From Camelus ferus (lineage: Eukaryota): a stretch of 64,000 nucleotides of DNA. Below the pieces are notes generated by a model that worked only from the letters and a program-made list of their open reading frames with translations, was not told the origin of the DNA and did not search any database. This document shows positions 22,389 through 36,470 of the stretch, piece by piece. Location: assembly GCF_009834535.1 (NCBI RefSeq), contig NC_045711.1, positions 11,222,001 through 11,286,000 on the forward strand, written 5' to 3'. Within the stretch, counting starts at the first letter, position 1; the number at the start of each line of letters is the position of its first letter. The translations under genes and the position numbers were made by a program.

Positions 22389-24065
22389 TCAGAGGCTGTG
22401 GCCAGAGTACCTAACGCCCACCGTACCCAGCAGGTCCTGACCGCGACCCAAACTCAGGGCCGAGGGCCGCCGTCCCACCAGCAGAGGCCCCACCCGACCA
22501 TTAGGTCGCACCCACAAGAAAAGGCTAGAGCGGAAAGTGGGAAGTGAGCCTCGGAAGAAAAGCAGCCAGGCGTGGGGCACCATCACTTGCCTTCCCCTCT
22601 GCAGCTCCAGGTGCGTGGTCTGCGTGGCTGTGGCCAGGGCCTGCGGTGCCCCGCACCAGACCCAGGTCAGCAGCACGATGAGGACCCCAGAGGCAAACAG
22701 GAGCCAGAGGAGACCCAAGATGTAAAAGCCCAAGGGGAAGAGGCAGCAAAAGTCAGAAATGAGAAAAGGGTCATTTTGGGAGCCATCCAGAGTCCCTTGA
22801 ACCACCCTGAGGATCTTCAGGGAGTTGGCATACTCAGAGATGAGTGTTGTGGTGGGTTCTAAGGTGGCAGAGACTGAAATGAATTCCACAGAGGTTGAGA
22901 ATGTGGTTGGTTCTGAGGTGGTTTGAGTTGTGGGTTTTGGGGTGGTGGGGGGCTCTGGGGGGGTGGGGGTGGTGGAGGGCTCAGTAGTGGGTTTCAGGGT
23001 TGTAGAGAAGATGGGTCCTGTGATAGCTGGGAGTGTGGTCTTTATCTTACTTGGAAGCCAGGAGGGTGCTTGGCCTCTCAGAGAGGTGGTAAGTACTGAG
23101 TGAAATGGGTCCCAGTGGGTTGGCTGGGCTTCGCTGGTGGTAAAGGACTGGACCGCAGCTCTTGTGGAAGTCACACTGTCGTTCTCATAGTCCTCGTCGT
23201 AGTCCAGCTGGTCCCCACTGGCGGTGCAGCCCTTCCCCATGTACGCGGAGACAGCCATGTTGTGCGGATGGTCACATTGCACACTCTCCACATTGGGGGT
23301 CATGGCCTGGGCGTCCACACCCTCCTTCCATAAGTAGACGCTCTGACTGTTCATCCTCAGCCAGTGGCTAAAATGGAGGATCCCGCAGTCGCAGAACCAG
23401 GGGTTGTCGTGGAAAAAAGTAAAAGACAGCATGGGGGCCCTAAGGAAGCCCTTGGGGATGGTGCGCAGCAAGTTCCCCTGGAGGTAGAGGGTGTGGAGCT
23501 CGTCCAGCCCATGGAGGAACCCAGGGGGCAGCTCACTCAGCCTGTTGTCCGCCAGGTTGAGCTTCTGCAGCTGGCTGGTGGTCGCCAGAAGCTCGGGGGG
23601 CAGAGTTGTCAGATTGTTGCCACGCAGGGAGAGCTCGTGGAGGTGGGTCAGGCCCTCCAGGGCCCCGGGAGACAAGGAGATCAGCTCGTTGAAGGACACG
23701 TCCAGGGTAGCAAGTGCTGGCAGTGCCTGTCCCAGCGAGGGCAGGCTTCTCAGCTTATTGTGGGAGATGGTCAGGGTCTCCAGCTGTGGCAGCTTCCCGT
23801 CGACCTCCAGGCTGGTCACCTGGCTCCTACTCAGGTGCAGCTGAGTGAGGGAAGTCAGCGACACCAGGGAGGCAGTGGAGAAAGTGCCCAGAGAGTTCTC
23901 TCCCAAGTGCAGGATGGCAGTTTCTGCCGGCAGATCCGGAGGCGGCGCCTTCAGGCCTAGGTTATCACAGTTCAATTCCATCCGCTTGGCCACTATGGAG
24001 ACCTCACAGATGTTACTGGGGTGTGAAGGGCTTGGCAGCAGAAGCAGCAGAAAGAGGAGAGGCAT
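22389..24065 (-). CDS. GP1BA: Platelet glycoprotein Ib alpha chain, single coding exon, 558 aa
   Basis: Signal peptide, LRR array, flank NPWFCDC...[22 protein letters not shown], acidic Tyr region, Thr/Pro stalk, juxtamembrane CC, transmembrane helix, filamin site [15 protein letters not shown] and the 14-3-3 tail RYSGHSL*. Confidence 0.98.
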   Translation of the reverse strand: MPLLFLLLLLPSPSHPSNICEVSIVAKRMELNCDNLGLKAPPPDLPAETAILHLGENSLGTFSTASLVSLTSLTQLHLSRSQVTSLEVDGKLPQLETLTISHNKLRSLPSLGQALPALATLDVSFNELISLSPGALEGLTHLHELSLRGNNLTTLPPELLATTSQLQKLNLADNRLSELPPGFLHGLDELHTLYLQGNLLRTIPKGFLRAPMLSFTFFHDNPWFCDCGILHFSHWLRMNSQSVYLWKEGVDAQAMTPNVESVQCDHPHNMAVSAYMGKGCTASGDQLDYDEDYENDSVTSTRAAVQSFTTSEAQPTHWDPFHSVLTTSLRGQAPSWLPSKIKTTLPAITGPIFSTTLKPTTEPSTTPTPPEPPTTPKPTTQTTSEPTTFSTSVEFISVSATLEPTTTLISEYANSLKILRVVQGTLDGSQNDPFLISDFCCLFPLGFYILGLLWLLFASGVLIVLLTWVWCGAPQALATATQTTHLELQRGRQVMVPHAWLLFFRGSLPTFRSSLFLWVRPNGRVGPLLVGRRPSALSLGRGQDLLGTVGVRYSGHSL

Positions 24066-24071
24066 GGGGAC

Positions 24072-24490
24072 CTGTGGGCAAAGGGAGGGCTTGAGCCGGC
24101 GCCCCTCTGGCCCCTGACAGTATTCCTCCAGGCCTGAGCCCCCACTGCAGCCTCCAGGATCCTGTCCAGAACCTCAGCTCCCGCACCTCCCACCCTCTCC
24201 ACTCCCCTCTGCCACCTTGCCCCTCAAACCCTAAACTGCTAGCTCCAGGTCCTTGGCCCCCTCCTCCCGCCGCCCCGGCCCCAGCTTACAGGCTGCCAGA
24301 AAGACCTCCCAAGACACAGAGCTTCTTCCAGAGTGTGACCTGGTCCTTCTCTCTCCCAGCTCCAGGGAGCGCCTGGTCGGGGGCAGGAAGGGGGTGGGGA
24401 TGGGGAGGAAATGCCAGCCTGATAGGGACTCCTGGGGCCCAGGGAATGGTCTCCCTCCCGGACACAGGTCCTTATCACCTCCTTCCACGA
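24072..24490 (-). promoter_or_regulatory. GP1BA 5' UTR intron, non-coding exon 1 and megakaryocyte-type promoter
   Basis: Acceptor CACAG|GTCCCCATG at 24072/24071 and donor GCCT|GTAAGC at 24290/24289 define a 218-nt intron. GATAAG at 24476-24471 lies next to an Ets core GGAAG at about 24486-24482. Confidence 0.75.
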
Positions 24491-24979
24491 CTTTCCCCCA
24501 AGCCCTCCTTTTGGCTCCTCTCTCTCCCACTTTCCTTCTACCCCAGGGAGTTTGGGACTCCTCCCATTACTCTCCCAGTTTTTCAGAACCTCTCCAGCTG
24601 CCACTCTCATTTCCTCTCCACAGCTACATTCTTCGAGTTGCCTCCTTTTAACCCTCACCTCCCTCTGCTTCCTCACCCCACTCTAGGCTGTTTCTCCCCC
24701 ACCCCCACTCCATGGACTCAGTTCTTTGCCATGGTCGCCAGTGCCCCCTGACCCTTTCCTCCCACTGGCCACCCTTCCGCATGATCTGACTTCCACAGCC
24801 TGCACAGCCATGCCCGCTCCCACCTTGAGACTCATGACAGTCATTTTTTTCCTTGGTTTCCCTCTTGCCTCTCTGGCTGGCCCTCCTCAGTCTCCTTTGT
24901 GGATTCCTCTTCCTCTGCCCTTCATGAAAAATGAACCTGCCCCCAGAGCTCCGTCTCTAACCCTCTTCTTTTCTTAGGA

Positions 24980-25950
24980 TCGACGAATACCTGAGATTAT
25001 CCTCATCCGGTCCCTTGCCTTCCGCCACTGCCTACCCCCCAGTGGCTCTCAAATTTTTGTCTCCAGCTCAGACCCCTCTCCTGAGACCCAAGCACAGATG
25101 TCCCACTGTTTTTGGATTTCTTGGCTGTCCCACAGGCACTCACACCATATGTCCAAAACTGAGCTCATCATCTCTCCAAAAATTTCTCCTCTTGTGTCGT
25201 CCAGCCTAGTGAATGGTACCATCATCCACTCACTTATCCAGCCCTTCACTCGGTACAAACCAAATCCCTGACAGTCATCCTTAACTCCTCCCCTCCTCCA
25301 CTCCCACCTCCAAGTCCCGCTGACTTTACCTCCTAATGTTTCTCAAAGCCACTTCTCTCCATCCACGTGGCCACCATTCCTCGGCCAGCACGCCCGCTCC
25401 CCTCCACTGCTTCCCTGCAGCAGCCTCCCGGCTGCTTGCCCCACTTTCTCACTTCCCTCCCTCTCCCACCCGAGAGGGGTCTTTCAGAAATGCAAATTTG
25501 CTCATATCCTTCCCCTGCCTGAAACTCACCAGTAGCTCTTACCTCAGAACTCGCAGGAGGAAGTCCAGGACCCCTAACATGGCTTACAGGGTCCTTTGTG
25601 ATCTGACCCTGGCCCACCTGTCCAGCCCCATCTCTTAACCCTCCAACTTTCACTCCAGATTATTCTTTCTTGTGCCGGGACTCTTCTTCTCACCCCTTAT
25701 CCCCTTCTGCCTAACTCTTATCTGGAAAGTTCTTCTTTCCAGAAAGTTCTTCCTCCGGAAAGCTTTTTAGGACTTCCTAAGACCAGGTTAGGTGCCTCTT
25801 CCAGAAAATCAACCACCGTGTCTGTTGGTCCACAGCCCCTTCCAATGATGAAAACGTCCTGTCAACTGTCCCCCAAAAGAGGCACCATGCTGCCACGTGA
25901 GCCTGCCTCTGTCTGCTCACTGGCGAATGGACAAAGGGTGGGCACTTAAG
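24980..25950. mobile_element. Degraded LINE2 fragments
   Basis: gtgaatggtaccatcatccac...tcctcccctcctccactcccacc...aggaagtccaggacccctaacatggcttacagggtcctt resemble L2 3' sequence. Boundaries approximate. Confidence 0.6.
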
Positions 25951-26129
25951 CTAGATACAGTTAATCCATAGACTGGCCATATATAATTTGCAGACTGCAA
26001 AAAGTATTTGAAAACACGGAGAAAATGAGGCCCTCAGCAGCAAGAAGTGAGGCAAAGAGTTGCATAGAGAGAGGCCATGATGAGGAATAAGGCCCCTAAA
26101 GCTGATGGGTTTTTGTTTGTTTGTTTTTT

Positions 26130-29100
26130 CCTCTTTGGCATCAGTTAGGGATTTTAACTGTAAGCAACAGAAAATGTTCTCCCTAACTTAGACTGAAGAG
26201 GAATTTATTAAATATACACTGGCTACTTCACAGTGAGGTTTAGAGAACCAGACATGGGAGACTGTGTAGCTAGGAGCAGTGCCCAGAACCAGGCTGCAGA
26301 ACCAGTCTGGTGAGCAAAACTCTGCTCCTGCTGCAAGACCAGGTCACTGAAGCTTGCACCGCTCTCACTGCTGAGCCAGGAACTCAGTGGCTCCACAACC
26401 TCCCGGCTGCAGAGAGAGAATCCTGCATTGTCCCCACCCCTTTGTGATACAAGCTCCTGATTTAAAGTCTGGGTGTGAATGTGACTGGCTTTGTGCCCGT
26501 GACCCAGCTGCAAGGGAGTCTAGGAAATCAAGTATCTGGCATTTGCAGCTTCTGTAGTAGGAGGAAGGTTCCGCTTCTCCAAAGATTTCCAAGTGAAGAA
26601 TTTTGCAGACACAGTAAAGAGATTCATATGCTTTGGCACCTACTGAAACGGTCCTAAAAACATGAAGGTTTTACTTTCTTCACAAGTCAGTGTCCTGAAT
26701 TGTTTCTAATTTGTTTCGAATCTTTGAATGCTTGGAATTAACCCTACTTGGCCACTATGCATTATTCTTTTAATACAATTCTAGGTTGGTTTGTTCACAT
26801 TTTATTTAGAACTTTTACATCTAAATTAGAAAATAGGAGTAGCCCATAGACTTCTTTTGAAGATCTTTGTCTTTTTCTGTTTGTTTGTTTTGTTTTATTG
26901 TCAGAATTATGCTGGCCTTGTAAAATAAGTTGGAGATTTTTATGTTCTCTGGAAAAGGTAGATATTGTAGGGTTTTTCCGTGCAGTTTTGGTGGAACTCA
27001 CCTATAAAACCATCTGGACCTGATGCCGTTTGGGGGATAGCTCCTCGAATACCTTTCCAATAACTATTTGTCTGTTCAAGTTTCTACATCTTGAGTCAAT
27101 TTTGGTAACTGATGTTTTTCTGATAAAATATCTATTTCATGTGACTCTTGAAATTTATTAGTGCAAGTTTGAATATTTTATACTTTTATCATTTGTTAAA
27201 ATCTCCATATCTGTAGTTATGGCCCCTAATGTTGTTTATATACATTTTCTCTCTTCTCTCCCTGTCCCCCTTTCTTTCTTCACCAGACTTGCCAAAGGTT
27301 GGTCTATTTTATTGGACTAGTCAAAGAACCAGATTTATTATTTTTACTAGTCAATTGCTTTTTTTTTTTTTTTTACCTATTTGATGAGGAGCATCTATTT
27401 TTATCTTTAATACTTCCTCATACTTTGAGCTTATTTTCATGTTCTCTCGCTACCTTCTTGAGTTGAAATCTTTTCATTTATTTTCAGTCTTCTTGCTTTT
27501 CAGGTAAATTCATTTAATTTATACTTTTCATTTAAGGACTGCTTTGTGCCATCTATGTTTTATCTTGTAATACTTAAGATGAATATTTGTCTTTTTTAAA
27601 TCCATCATCTATTCCTGTAAATAAGAGGACCCTCATTTCCTTTTGGGAGATTACAGCTCCCCAGATGAGTGCAAACTTTTTGGGAGTAGGTACCCTGCCC
27701 TCTTGCTTTGGGACCCCAATTGTCTTTGGAAGTTTATTCCACTACATCCTTCCTATCAGCACTTGAGTTCAGCTCATGGATGTGACCTAATCTTGGACAA
27801 CCATACTCCCTCTCCCAGGATTTCAAATGGTGAATGAGGTGACGAAAGAAGAGAAAATGGAACTGGACTTCATTCATTTCAACAAAGTGCTCAGGAAAAG
27901 CTGTAGAACAGTTCCTGATACTGAGCAGAGCCACCTGATTCCTTAGCAGTCCTGCATTTCCAGCGTTCACTTGTATCCACTGAGCTTCTGCATCTTTCCA
28001 AGAAGTCTGTGTTGGATTGAGTTACACAGTTGATTTCTGTTGCATGCATCTGAAGAAATCCAATTCAGTGTTATAGCTGTGGTTCATTCTTAAAGTGTTT
28101 GCAGAAGACATTCGCTGGAGGTCTATTCAAGACCCATTCAACTTTTCCTCCTTGTTTTCCTTTTGAGAAAATACCCCATCCTTACAATTTCTGGTGGGAA
28201 TGATTCTATCCCAGCTGCATGAGTGGACCTAAGCCAATCACTAGACTTCCCCCTCTTTGACACAGTTTAGGGTCCAAACAAGTACCCTGGTACAAATGTG
28301 GTCAGGGTATCCATGGTCAGAGTGATTGGTCCAAGGACAAAAACAGGAGGTAAGTTGGTCCTTTTATAATGAAGCCCAAGACTTCTGTTGGATTTTAAGG
28401 TGTACATACTTTCTCTGGATGTGGACAAGGACAAATGTAATTCCAGGTGAGCTGTTGGCATCCATCTTGTGATCACAAGGGGATCTGGACATAGGATGAA
28501 GCTAATGTCAGAGGTGGTATAATGGGGAAAAAAATGGAAAAAAATCAGGTTCTTGGCATCATTGAGATGCATCAAACCAATTCTGAAGTTCGGTGAGTTC
28601 AAAAATCATATGTTTAAAAAAAATAATTGGTATTGGAATGTTACTTGCAATATAACCAGCTTAAAGCTTGTATTTTCTATTTTTTCTTTCTTTAAAGTGC
28701 AATTATTTACGAAGATTTTTTTTTAATCTCAGGTGGATTTTTAAAAAATTAAACATAATTTTGAGATAGTAGTAGATTCATATACAGTTGTAAGAAATAA
28801 GACAGGGATCCCATGTGCCCTTCACCCAGTTTTCCCCAGTGGCAATGTCTTGCAAAACTGTAGTACATACAATATCACAACCATGATACTGACATTGTTC
28901 TGTCAGGATCCAGAACATTTCCATCCCCTTGAGGATCCTCCATGTTGCCCTTTTATAACCTCACCCTCCTCCTTCCTATCCTCACCCCTCCTTACCCAAG
29001 ACAGCCACTAACCTGTTCAGTATTTCTATAATCTTGTCATTTCAAGAATGTTATATAAATGGGATCAAACAGTATGCAACCTTTTGGAACTGGCTTTTTT

Positions 29101-32100
29101 TCCTCAGTGTAATTCTCTGGAGATTCATACAGGTTGTCATGTGCATCCAGAGTTCACTTCTTTTAATTGATGAGTAGGATTCCCTAATATGTATGTTTCA
29201 CAGTTTATCAGTTTACCAACAGAGGGACATATGGGCTGATTTCAGCTGTTGCCTTATTAAAAATAGATCCCTATAAACATTAGTGTTTATAATCTTTACA
29301 ATTTTTGTGTGAACACAAGTCTTCATTTTCCTGGGGGAAAAAAATTGCCCAGAATGCAATTTCTGGGTCATAGGGTAGTTGCATATTTATTTTGGGGGGT
29401 TATCTTTGGGTTATTCTTTGAGTCTCTCCTGTTTGGAGTTTGCTCAGCTGCTTCTTCCATGTGTAAGTTTATGTCTCTTGCCAAATTTGGGTAGTTTTTA
29501 GCCATTATTTCTTAGAGGCCTGTTTCAGTCTCACCCTCTTTCTGATGACACAATGGTAGATCTTTTGTTATTGTCCCACAGATCCCACAGGAGACCATTT
29601 TTTTTTAAGACTTTTTCTCTCTGTTGTTCAGAATGGGTGATTTCTATTGTTCAATCTTCCAGTTCACCGATTCTTTTCTCTGTCGCCTCCATTCTGTTGT
29701 TGAGCTCATTCCGGGAGCTTTCATTTCAGTTATTACATTTTTCAGCTTTAAACTTTCCATTTGGTCCTTCTTAGATCTTCTGTTTCTTTGCTGACGCTAT
29801 TTCTTTGCTTGTTTCGAGCACCTCCGTAATTTCTTGTTAAAGCGTTTTTTACAATCATGGCTGCTTTAAGATATTTTTCAGATAATCTTAACATCAGTGT
29901 CCTTTGGGTGTTGGCAGCTGCGGATGATCTTTTTTTCATTCAGTTAGAGATCATCCCCGTTCTTGATACGATGACTGATTTTAATGAAACATGGACATTT
30001 AAAAATTATTTTTTGAGACTCTAAATCTTATTTAAACCTTCTGTTTTAGCTGGCGTTTTCTGCCACTGCTCTGGCAGGGAAAGGGGGACGCATTCCCTCA
30101 TTACTCTCAGGTGGAGGTACAGGTCCAAGTTCCCCATTCAGCCTCTGTTGCCATGTACTGGGTGAGGGTGGGAGTTCCAGTTCCCCACCCTGGTCTCCAC
30201 TGCCCCTGCAGTGAGGCTGGCCTCACTCCTGCTGAAATAGTGAAAGCTCTGACTCTGCAGGAGGCCTCCTCTGACACCACCACGGGGGTGGGGTAGGGGT
30301 GGGGGGGAGAGGAGGGGAGGGGGAGGGGTGCCTCATTACTGCCAACCTGGATGAAAATCTAGGCTCCCACGTGGTCTCCACTGACCCTGAGTGTGGGAGG
30401 CCTCATTACCAGCTGGCCAGGGTGAAGGTCTCCACTCCCTCCTTGGCCTTTGTGGAAACCAGCCTGGCAAGGATGTCCGGGTGCCTCATTACACGCCTGG
30501 GGAGGGTGGAAATCTGTGCTCACCACTTGGCCTTTGCTGGTGTGGGTGTGGGTGGGGCCGCAGTTTTTCTGTAATATTTGGCTGGAATCAAGTGGTTATT
30601 TTCTAAGTTTTCTGTCTTATTAGGCTGCTCCTTTGTTGGTCCTTGGGCTCAAGAGAGCAGATTTTTGTTGGGGCAGTGCCTGGGGTGTTTCCAGATTACT
30701 GACTTCTTTACCTCCAAGACTGGGACATTCAGAGCAAAAAGAAAACCCTGGGAGCTCAGCATCGACGTGCTGTTTATTGGGTCCCAAGATCCCCAGCCTT
30801 TCTGCCTTCTCTCCATCTTCATCTTCTTTTACTTGCTTTATATAAAATATCCAGGGCTTTAGCTGTACTTAGCAGGTAGAATAGGAAAACTTACATCTAC
30901 TTCATCTTCCCAATAACAGAAATCTCTCAGGTGGGTTTGGTTAGCTTTTTATTGCAAACTTCTAAATTTGTTGCACTTGACAATAAACATCCCACGTATG
31001 GTGTGATGGTTAATTTTATGTATCAAGTTGGCGTGGACTCACCATTTGTCAACCTTTTGTCTCATTTACTTTCTCTCTCTCTCTCAAGCGTTTTTCCCTG
31101 AACCATTGGAATGTAAGTTGGAGACATCATGTTTACCGCTACTATTTCCATGCGTTTCCTAAAACAAGGACATTTTCTTGCATAATGGCAGTGTAGTTAT
31201 TAGTTTCAGGAATTTAACACCGATACAATACTGTTACCCAACCCACAGTTCATATTCCCACTTGGCCAATTGTCTGAAAAAAATGTCCTTTATAGCTTTT
31301 TTCCCCAGTCCAGGATCTAATCCAGGACCATATCTCTGTAGTTTCCTGTAGTTCATTAACCTGTCTTTATTTTCCATGACTTTGACATTTTTGAAAACTG
31401 TAGTCCAGTAATTACATAGACTATCCCTGCATTATGTAGAATTTTTCTCAGTTTATCTGATGCTTCTCATGCTTGGATTCTGGTTGTTTTTCTGCCAGCA
31501 ATACTACATGAATAATGTGTCTTTCTCAGTGCATCATATCAGGAGACATGTTCTATCAATTTGACACATTACTGGTGATGCTAAAATTTTGAGAGCTTGG
31601 TTAACGGGAATGCACCCAGTTTCTCCATGACCAAGATTCTATTTTTCCTTTTGTGACTAAGAGGCACGTTTGTGGAGGAGATGCTTTGATAGCATGTAAA
31701 TATCCTGTTCCCAATCAAACCAGAGCCACAAGTACCAGCATCCATTGATGATCCTTGCACGAATCAGTTATTGACATGAAGGCTGAGAAACTATTTCTTT
31801 AGGTGATTTAAGCTTATTCCTTTTTCCTTGTAACCAAAAGAACCCGACTAAAACAAAAGTTAGAAACAGAAGTGGGGTTTCATGAAACTGATCCTATGTG
31901 TCAGGAGGGGGAATGGGATGTTTCTATCCAGTGTTCGCATGGCAAAGCCACTAATTGGGTGGCTCCTGGGGTCCCTCGGACTCTAAGAATGGGGGCTCCA
32001 TCAGTGGGGCTGCGATGATTTGGTGCCTCTAGCTCTGCATCATTTCTAGATGGGAAATTGTTCTTTGATCTCTCCAGACTAGGTTAGTTACTGTATTATA

Positions 32101-34830
32101 AGTTCCTTACAACCTTCCCAAAGCTATTATGATACTTTATTTTAATGTCTATCTACCCTTCTTGAAGGCAAGCTTTGAGACAGCAGGCACTCAGAAACAT
32201 AGCCCAACCTCTAAGGGGTAGAAACTGGCGCACCGATTGAGGAAGGAATGACCACATCAGATAAGACACTTCCTTGGCTTGTCTCTCTCTGTCTCATGCC
32301 TCACTTTTATATGCTTTCTCTAGTATCTTTTTTTTATTATAGTCTTCACAATGATCCTGCCAAAATACCTGTACGTTTGCTGAGAAGATGTCATTTTTGG
32401 AGAATGTTCTTGCCCTGCTCTGTTGCTCAGCAGTGCCAGTCCAGCTACATTTCTTCAGTATTCACACTCACTGTCGCCTATTTTGTTCACTATTATAGCT
32501 CCAGTGCCTGGCATAGTGTTTAATAAATATTGAGTAAGTGAATGAATGGAAGCAGAGTAGGCAGGTAGAAATGGGTAGGATCTCTGATGCTCTTTGTTGA
32601 GCGGAAGTTCTTTAATTTTAATGTATCCAAATCCATCAATGTTTCCTTTTATGGTTTATGGTTTTGGTATCTTGTTTAAGAAAATTCCACCCCAAGGTCA
32701 CAAAAATACTCTCCTACGTTTTCTCCTGTTAGCTTTTACAGTTTTAACATGTTTTAAATTCTTCAATCCATCTGGAGTTTACTTATGTATGTGGTGTGAG
32801 GGAGGCATACAGCTGTATGTCTTTTTTCTCCATAGCATGAGCTGGCTACGTACCGTATCTGCTGATCTAACCTGGCCTCATTGATGTCCTCTTGCCTTTA
32901 TCCTGTCACAAGCTGCAGATGCACATGGGCTGTTTCTACGCTCTCTATTCAGTTTCCTGCTTTTATTTGTCAGTTACTAAATTGTATCAGTTGTGTTTTG
33001 TGCACACCCATGTGTTTGTTGTTTGTTTGCTATAGCTTTTGTGCTGTGTTTTAACATCTGGCAGGGTGATTCCCGCCTCTTTTCTCTTCTTTCTCAAAAC
33101 TGATGTGGCTATTCATGTATCTCTCTCCTGTCATATAAATTCTGGAATAAGTTTGTCAAATTCCCCAAAACTTAACTTACATATTATTTTAGAGAAAACT
33201 GACATCTTTATAATATTGAGTTAACCCACCCAAACAAATAGTTCATCTTTCCACTTACACTGAACTTTTATGTCCTTTAACAGTTTCAAGTTTTTTTCCA
33301 TGAAGCTTTTATATAAATGTAAAGAACATTCTTAGTTAACTTAAGTTCTGAATACCTTATAGATCTTATTAGTATTGTGAGTAATATTTTGTCTTCTAGA
33401 GTTCCTAGCTGATTAAAGTTGTAAAGGAGAGCTATTAGTATTAATTTTTTCTTGTATCCAGCAAAGTCCCTGACTCTCCTATTGGTTCTAATAGTTTGCT
33501 TATTATTTCTGATAGCTTTTTCTACATTGGTAATCATATTACAGGTAACAACAGGTTTATATTTTCCTTTTCTGTGTTCATACTGCTTATTTCATTTTCT
33601 TATCTTAGTACGTTGGTCATGACGCCCAGTATTGCAGTAGTGGCAATCCCGTCTTATACCCATGTTTACAGGGAGGGCATCATTAAATATGTTAATGGAA
33701 GGGTTTTAACTTATGTTTTTCAAGTGAAATAAGTTGTTTCTATTCCTAGTTTTCTGAAGTTTTAAAAGCTAAAATTAGGCATTGCACTCCAAGTTTTTTC
33801 TATTTCTGATCATACAATCATGTGATCTTTCTCCTTTAGTCCATTAATGCAATTAATAACAGTAGTAGATTTTCTGATGATAAACCATTTGAATTGGTGG
33901 AAATGGCCTCAGCTGCATGTAACAGAATAACAGCAATAGTATCTTAAAACCTAAAGGCAGTCCTTTTTTTTTTTTTTTTGATTTTTCAGTTTTATCAGGT
34001 AGAATTGTTACAGTCTGACTGCACATATACAATATATTGCATGTAAATACATGTACACAATATACTGCACATTTAAAAATTTTTACATATATGTATTGTT
34101 CATTGTTTCTAAGAACATTTAGAGCTTTAGCCTTTTAAACTTACATAGTTATCAAAGGAATAAAGCCAACCACAAAATAAGAATTAATTCAAAAAGATAG
34201 ATACACCCCGCTATTAACAACTACATTATTTCTACTTGCCAAGATATGGAAGCATCCTAAATTCATATCAATAGATGAATGGATAAAGAAGATGCAGCAT
34301 ATATAAGTAAGGGCAGTCCCTTCTTAACAAGCAGTCTGGAGATGGGCCACATCAGGTGGTCCAGACGCTTGATAGTGTCATCCAGTAGAAGGAGCCTGTC
34401 TTTCTAGTCTGCCATCCTTGGCCCACTGGCTTTTTGTCCTCATGCTGGTCACCTCATGGTTGCAACTTGGCTGCCGCATTCAAAGGAAAAAATCTGTTGA
34501 CAAAGGAAGGGAGCAGGAACAGAAACACAAAACTGCTTTACCTTAAGTGACTCTCCTTTCACCAGCAAAGGATAAACTTTCCCAGACGCTTCCTCCCCCA
34601 CCAGACTTGTCCTAGTGTCATTAGTCAGAAATGGATCAGGGTGCTTCTAGCTGCAAGGGAGGTTCACATTCTGAGTGTCTGGCAGAGGAGCAGGGCATGA
34701 CTGTGACTAATTGTGACTCACTCTTTAGGGCTGGGGACACGCTGCTCCCGACAAGATGGGGTTCCGTCAGGAAGGAGGACTGTGGGGTAGCCCATCAACC
34801 TTGCATTTCTAGGACAAACTTGACTTAATC
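26130..34830. mobile_element. Patchwork of old MaLR LTR pieces (MLT1-like at about 26130-26620, 27950-28560, 34300-34830) and mostly antisense L1 fragments (about 26690-27620, 28740-30900, 31050-31800, 32580-33900)
   Basis: AT-rich stop-riddled sequence. Short minus-strand ORFs such as 33286-33537 and 26795-27001 read like L1 ORF2 remnants. 29550-29950 resembles antisense L1 ORF1. ttaactgtaagcaacagaaaa and gtgattggtccaagg are MLT1-like. Subfamilies cannot be assigned by eye. Confidence 0.65.
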
Positions 34831-35705
34831 CAATTGGACAATTTCTTTTTCAATAAACTTTTGGGTTTGGTTGACTAATATTTTTTTAGGATTGTCACAG
34901 TTTTGTTCCTAAGTGAATGAGGCCTGTATTTTGATTTTCTTGTCTGTCCTTAGCTGGAGTAAAAACTTCATAATACTAGTTGGCTTGTTTTATTTTTCTG
35001 TGTTCTGGAACAAATTATATAAAATAAAGACCTACTCCCTGAAATTTTGGTGGAACTCATCCATGAAGGTACCTGGTCGTGGGTTTGCTGAGAGGAGAGA
35101 ACCTTCATTACCATTTCACTATCAGCTATTCTTTATCACTTCTTCTTTCTGCTTCAGTTTACTGATATTTCCCCCTTTTTATGGTAAATACAGTCAGCTC
35201 TCCGTATCCACGGGTTCTGCATCCTCGTCTATGGAATGCCAAGTGTATTTTAAATGGCCTTTAAGAATTATAATACTGAGGTATATGCTCTATAAGTAGT
35301 CCCCTATTGTGCATTTAAACAATATGTCTTATTTTAATTTTTTAAATGAATAATTTTTTGAATTGAGTAATAATTTATATACAGAGAAATACACAGATCT
35401 TAGATGTACAGTTTCGTGAGTTTTGACAAATGTGTCCATGGGTGTAATCACCACCCCATCAAGACAGACAACATTGTCATCAACTCCTCTGTGCCCCTTC
35501 CCGTCAGTTCTCCCAACCAAGCAACTGCTGTTCTGGTTCCTGTGCAGATCTTTTGCAGGCATAAGCTTCTTTTCTCTTGGATAAATTCCTGGGAATGGAA
35601 TTCCTGGGTTGGGGGGAAATGCCTGCTTTTAACTTTATAAGAAACTCCCAATTTTCCAAAGTGGTTGTCTGTTTTACACGCCTGCTTTGAGAAAGTTGAG
35701 TTCCA

Positions 35706-36470
35706 CTTTTTTTTTTAATTGAAGTATAGTTGATTTATGATGTGTTAGTTTCAAGTGCACAGCAAAGTGATTTGGATATCTATATCAATATAATTTTTTC
35801 TTTTTTTAGATTATTCTCCATTATAGGTTATTACCAGATATTGACTATAATTCCCTGTGCTATACAGTAAATCCTTGGTGAGTTCCACTCCCTTTTTTTC
35901 TTAATTGAAGTATAGTCAGTTTACAATGTGCCAATTTCTGGTGCACAACATAATGTTTCAGTCATATGTATACATGTGTATATTTCTTTTCATATTCTTT
36001 TTCATCACAGGTTACTGCAAGATATTGAATCTAGTTCCTTGTGCTATACAGTAGAAACTTGTTGTCACTTACTTTTGCTATTAATAGTGTAAATACTAAC
36101 GGTATTAAAAGTCAGTAAGAGTTTAGGAGTATGAACCTCTGGACCTAGTACATATCATTTTAAAAAATCATTCTAGTCTATATTTGTATTTAATTACTTT
36201 ATTTTTTGTTTTCATTGAAGCATATTTGATTTACAGTATTGTGTTAGTTTCTAGTGTACAGCATATTCAGTTATACGTATATATGTATTATTTTTCAGAT
36301 TCTTTTCCATTATAGGTTATTACAAGATACTGAATGTAATTCCCTGTGCTCTACAGTAGGTCCTTGTTGTTTATCTATTTTGTGTATAGTAGTGTGTATC
36401 TGTTAATCCCAAACTTCTAATTTATCCCTCCCCAGCCTTTCCCCTTTGGTAACCATGTTTATTTTCTAAC
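35706..36470 (-). mobile_element. Cluster of three 5'-truncated L1 3' tails in tandem
   Basis: Each begins with T-rich ...attgaag(t/c)ata... and runs to ttcc(c/t)tgtgct(a/c)tacagta. The first copy is flanked by the duplication TGAGTTCCACT (35697-35707 and 35879-35889). Confidence 0.8.

Noticed and set aside
23364-24117. Plus-strand ORFs opposite GP1BA
   Set aside because: Antisense shadows of the LRR coding sequence.
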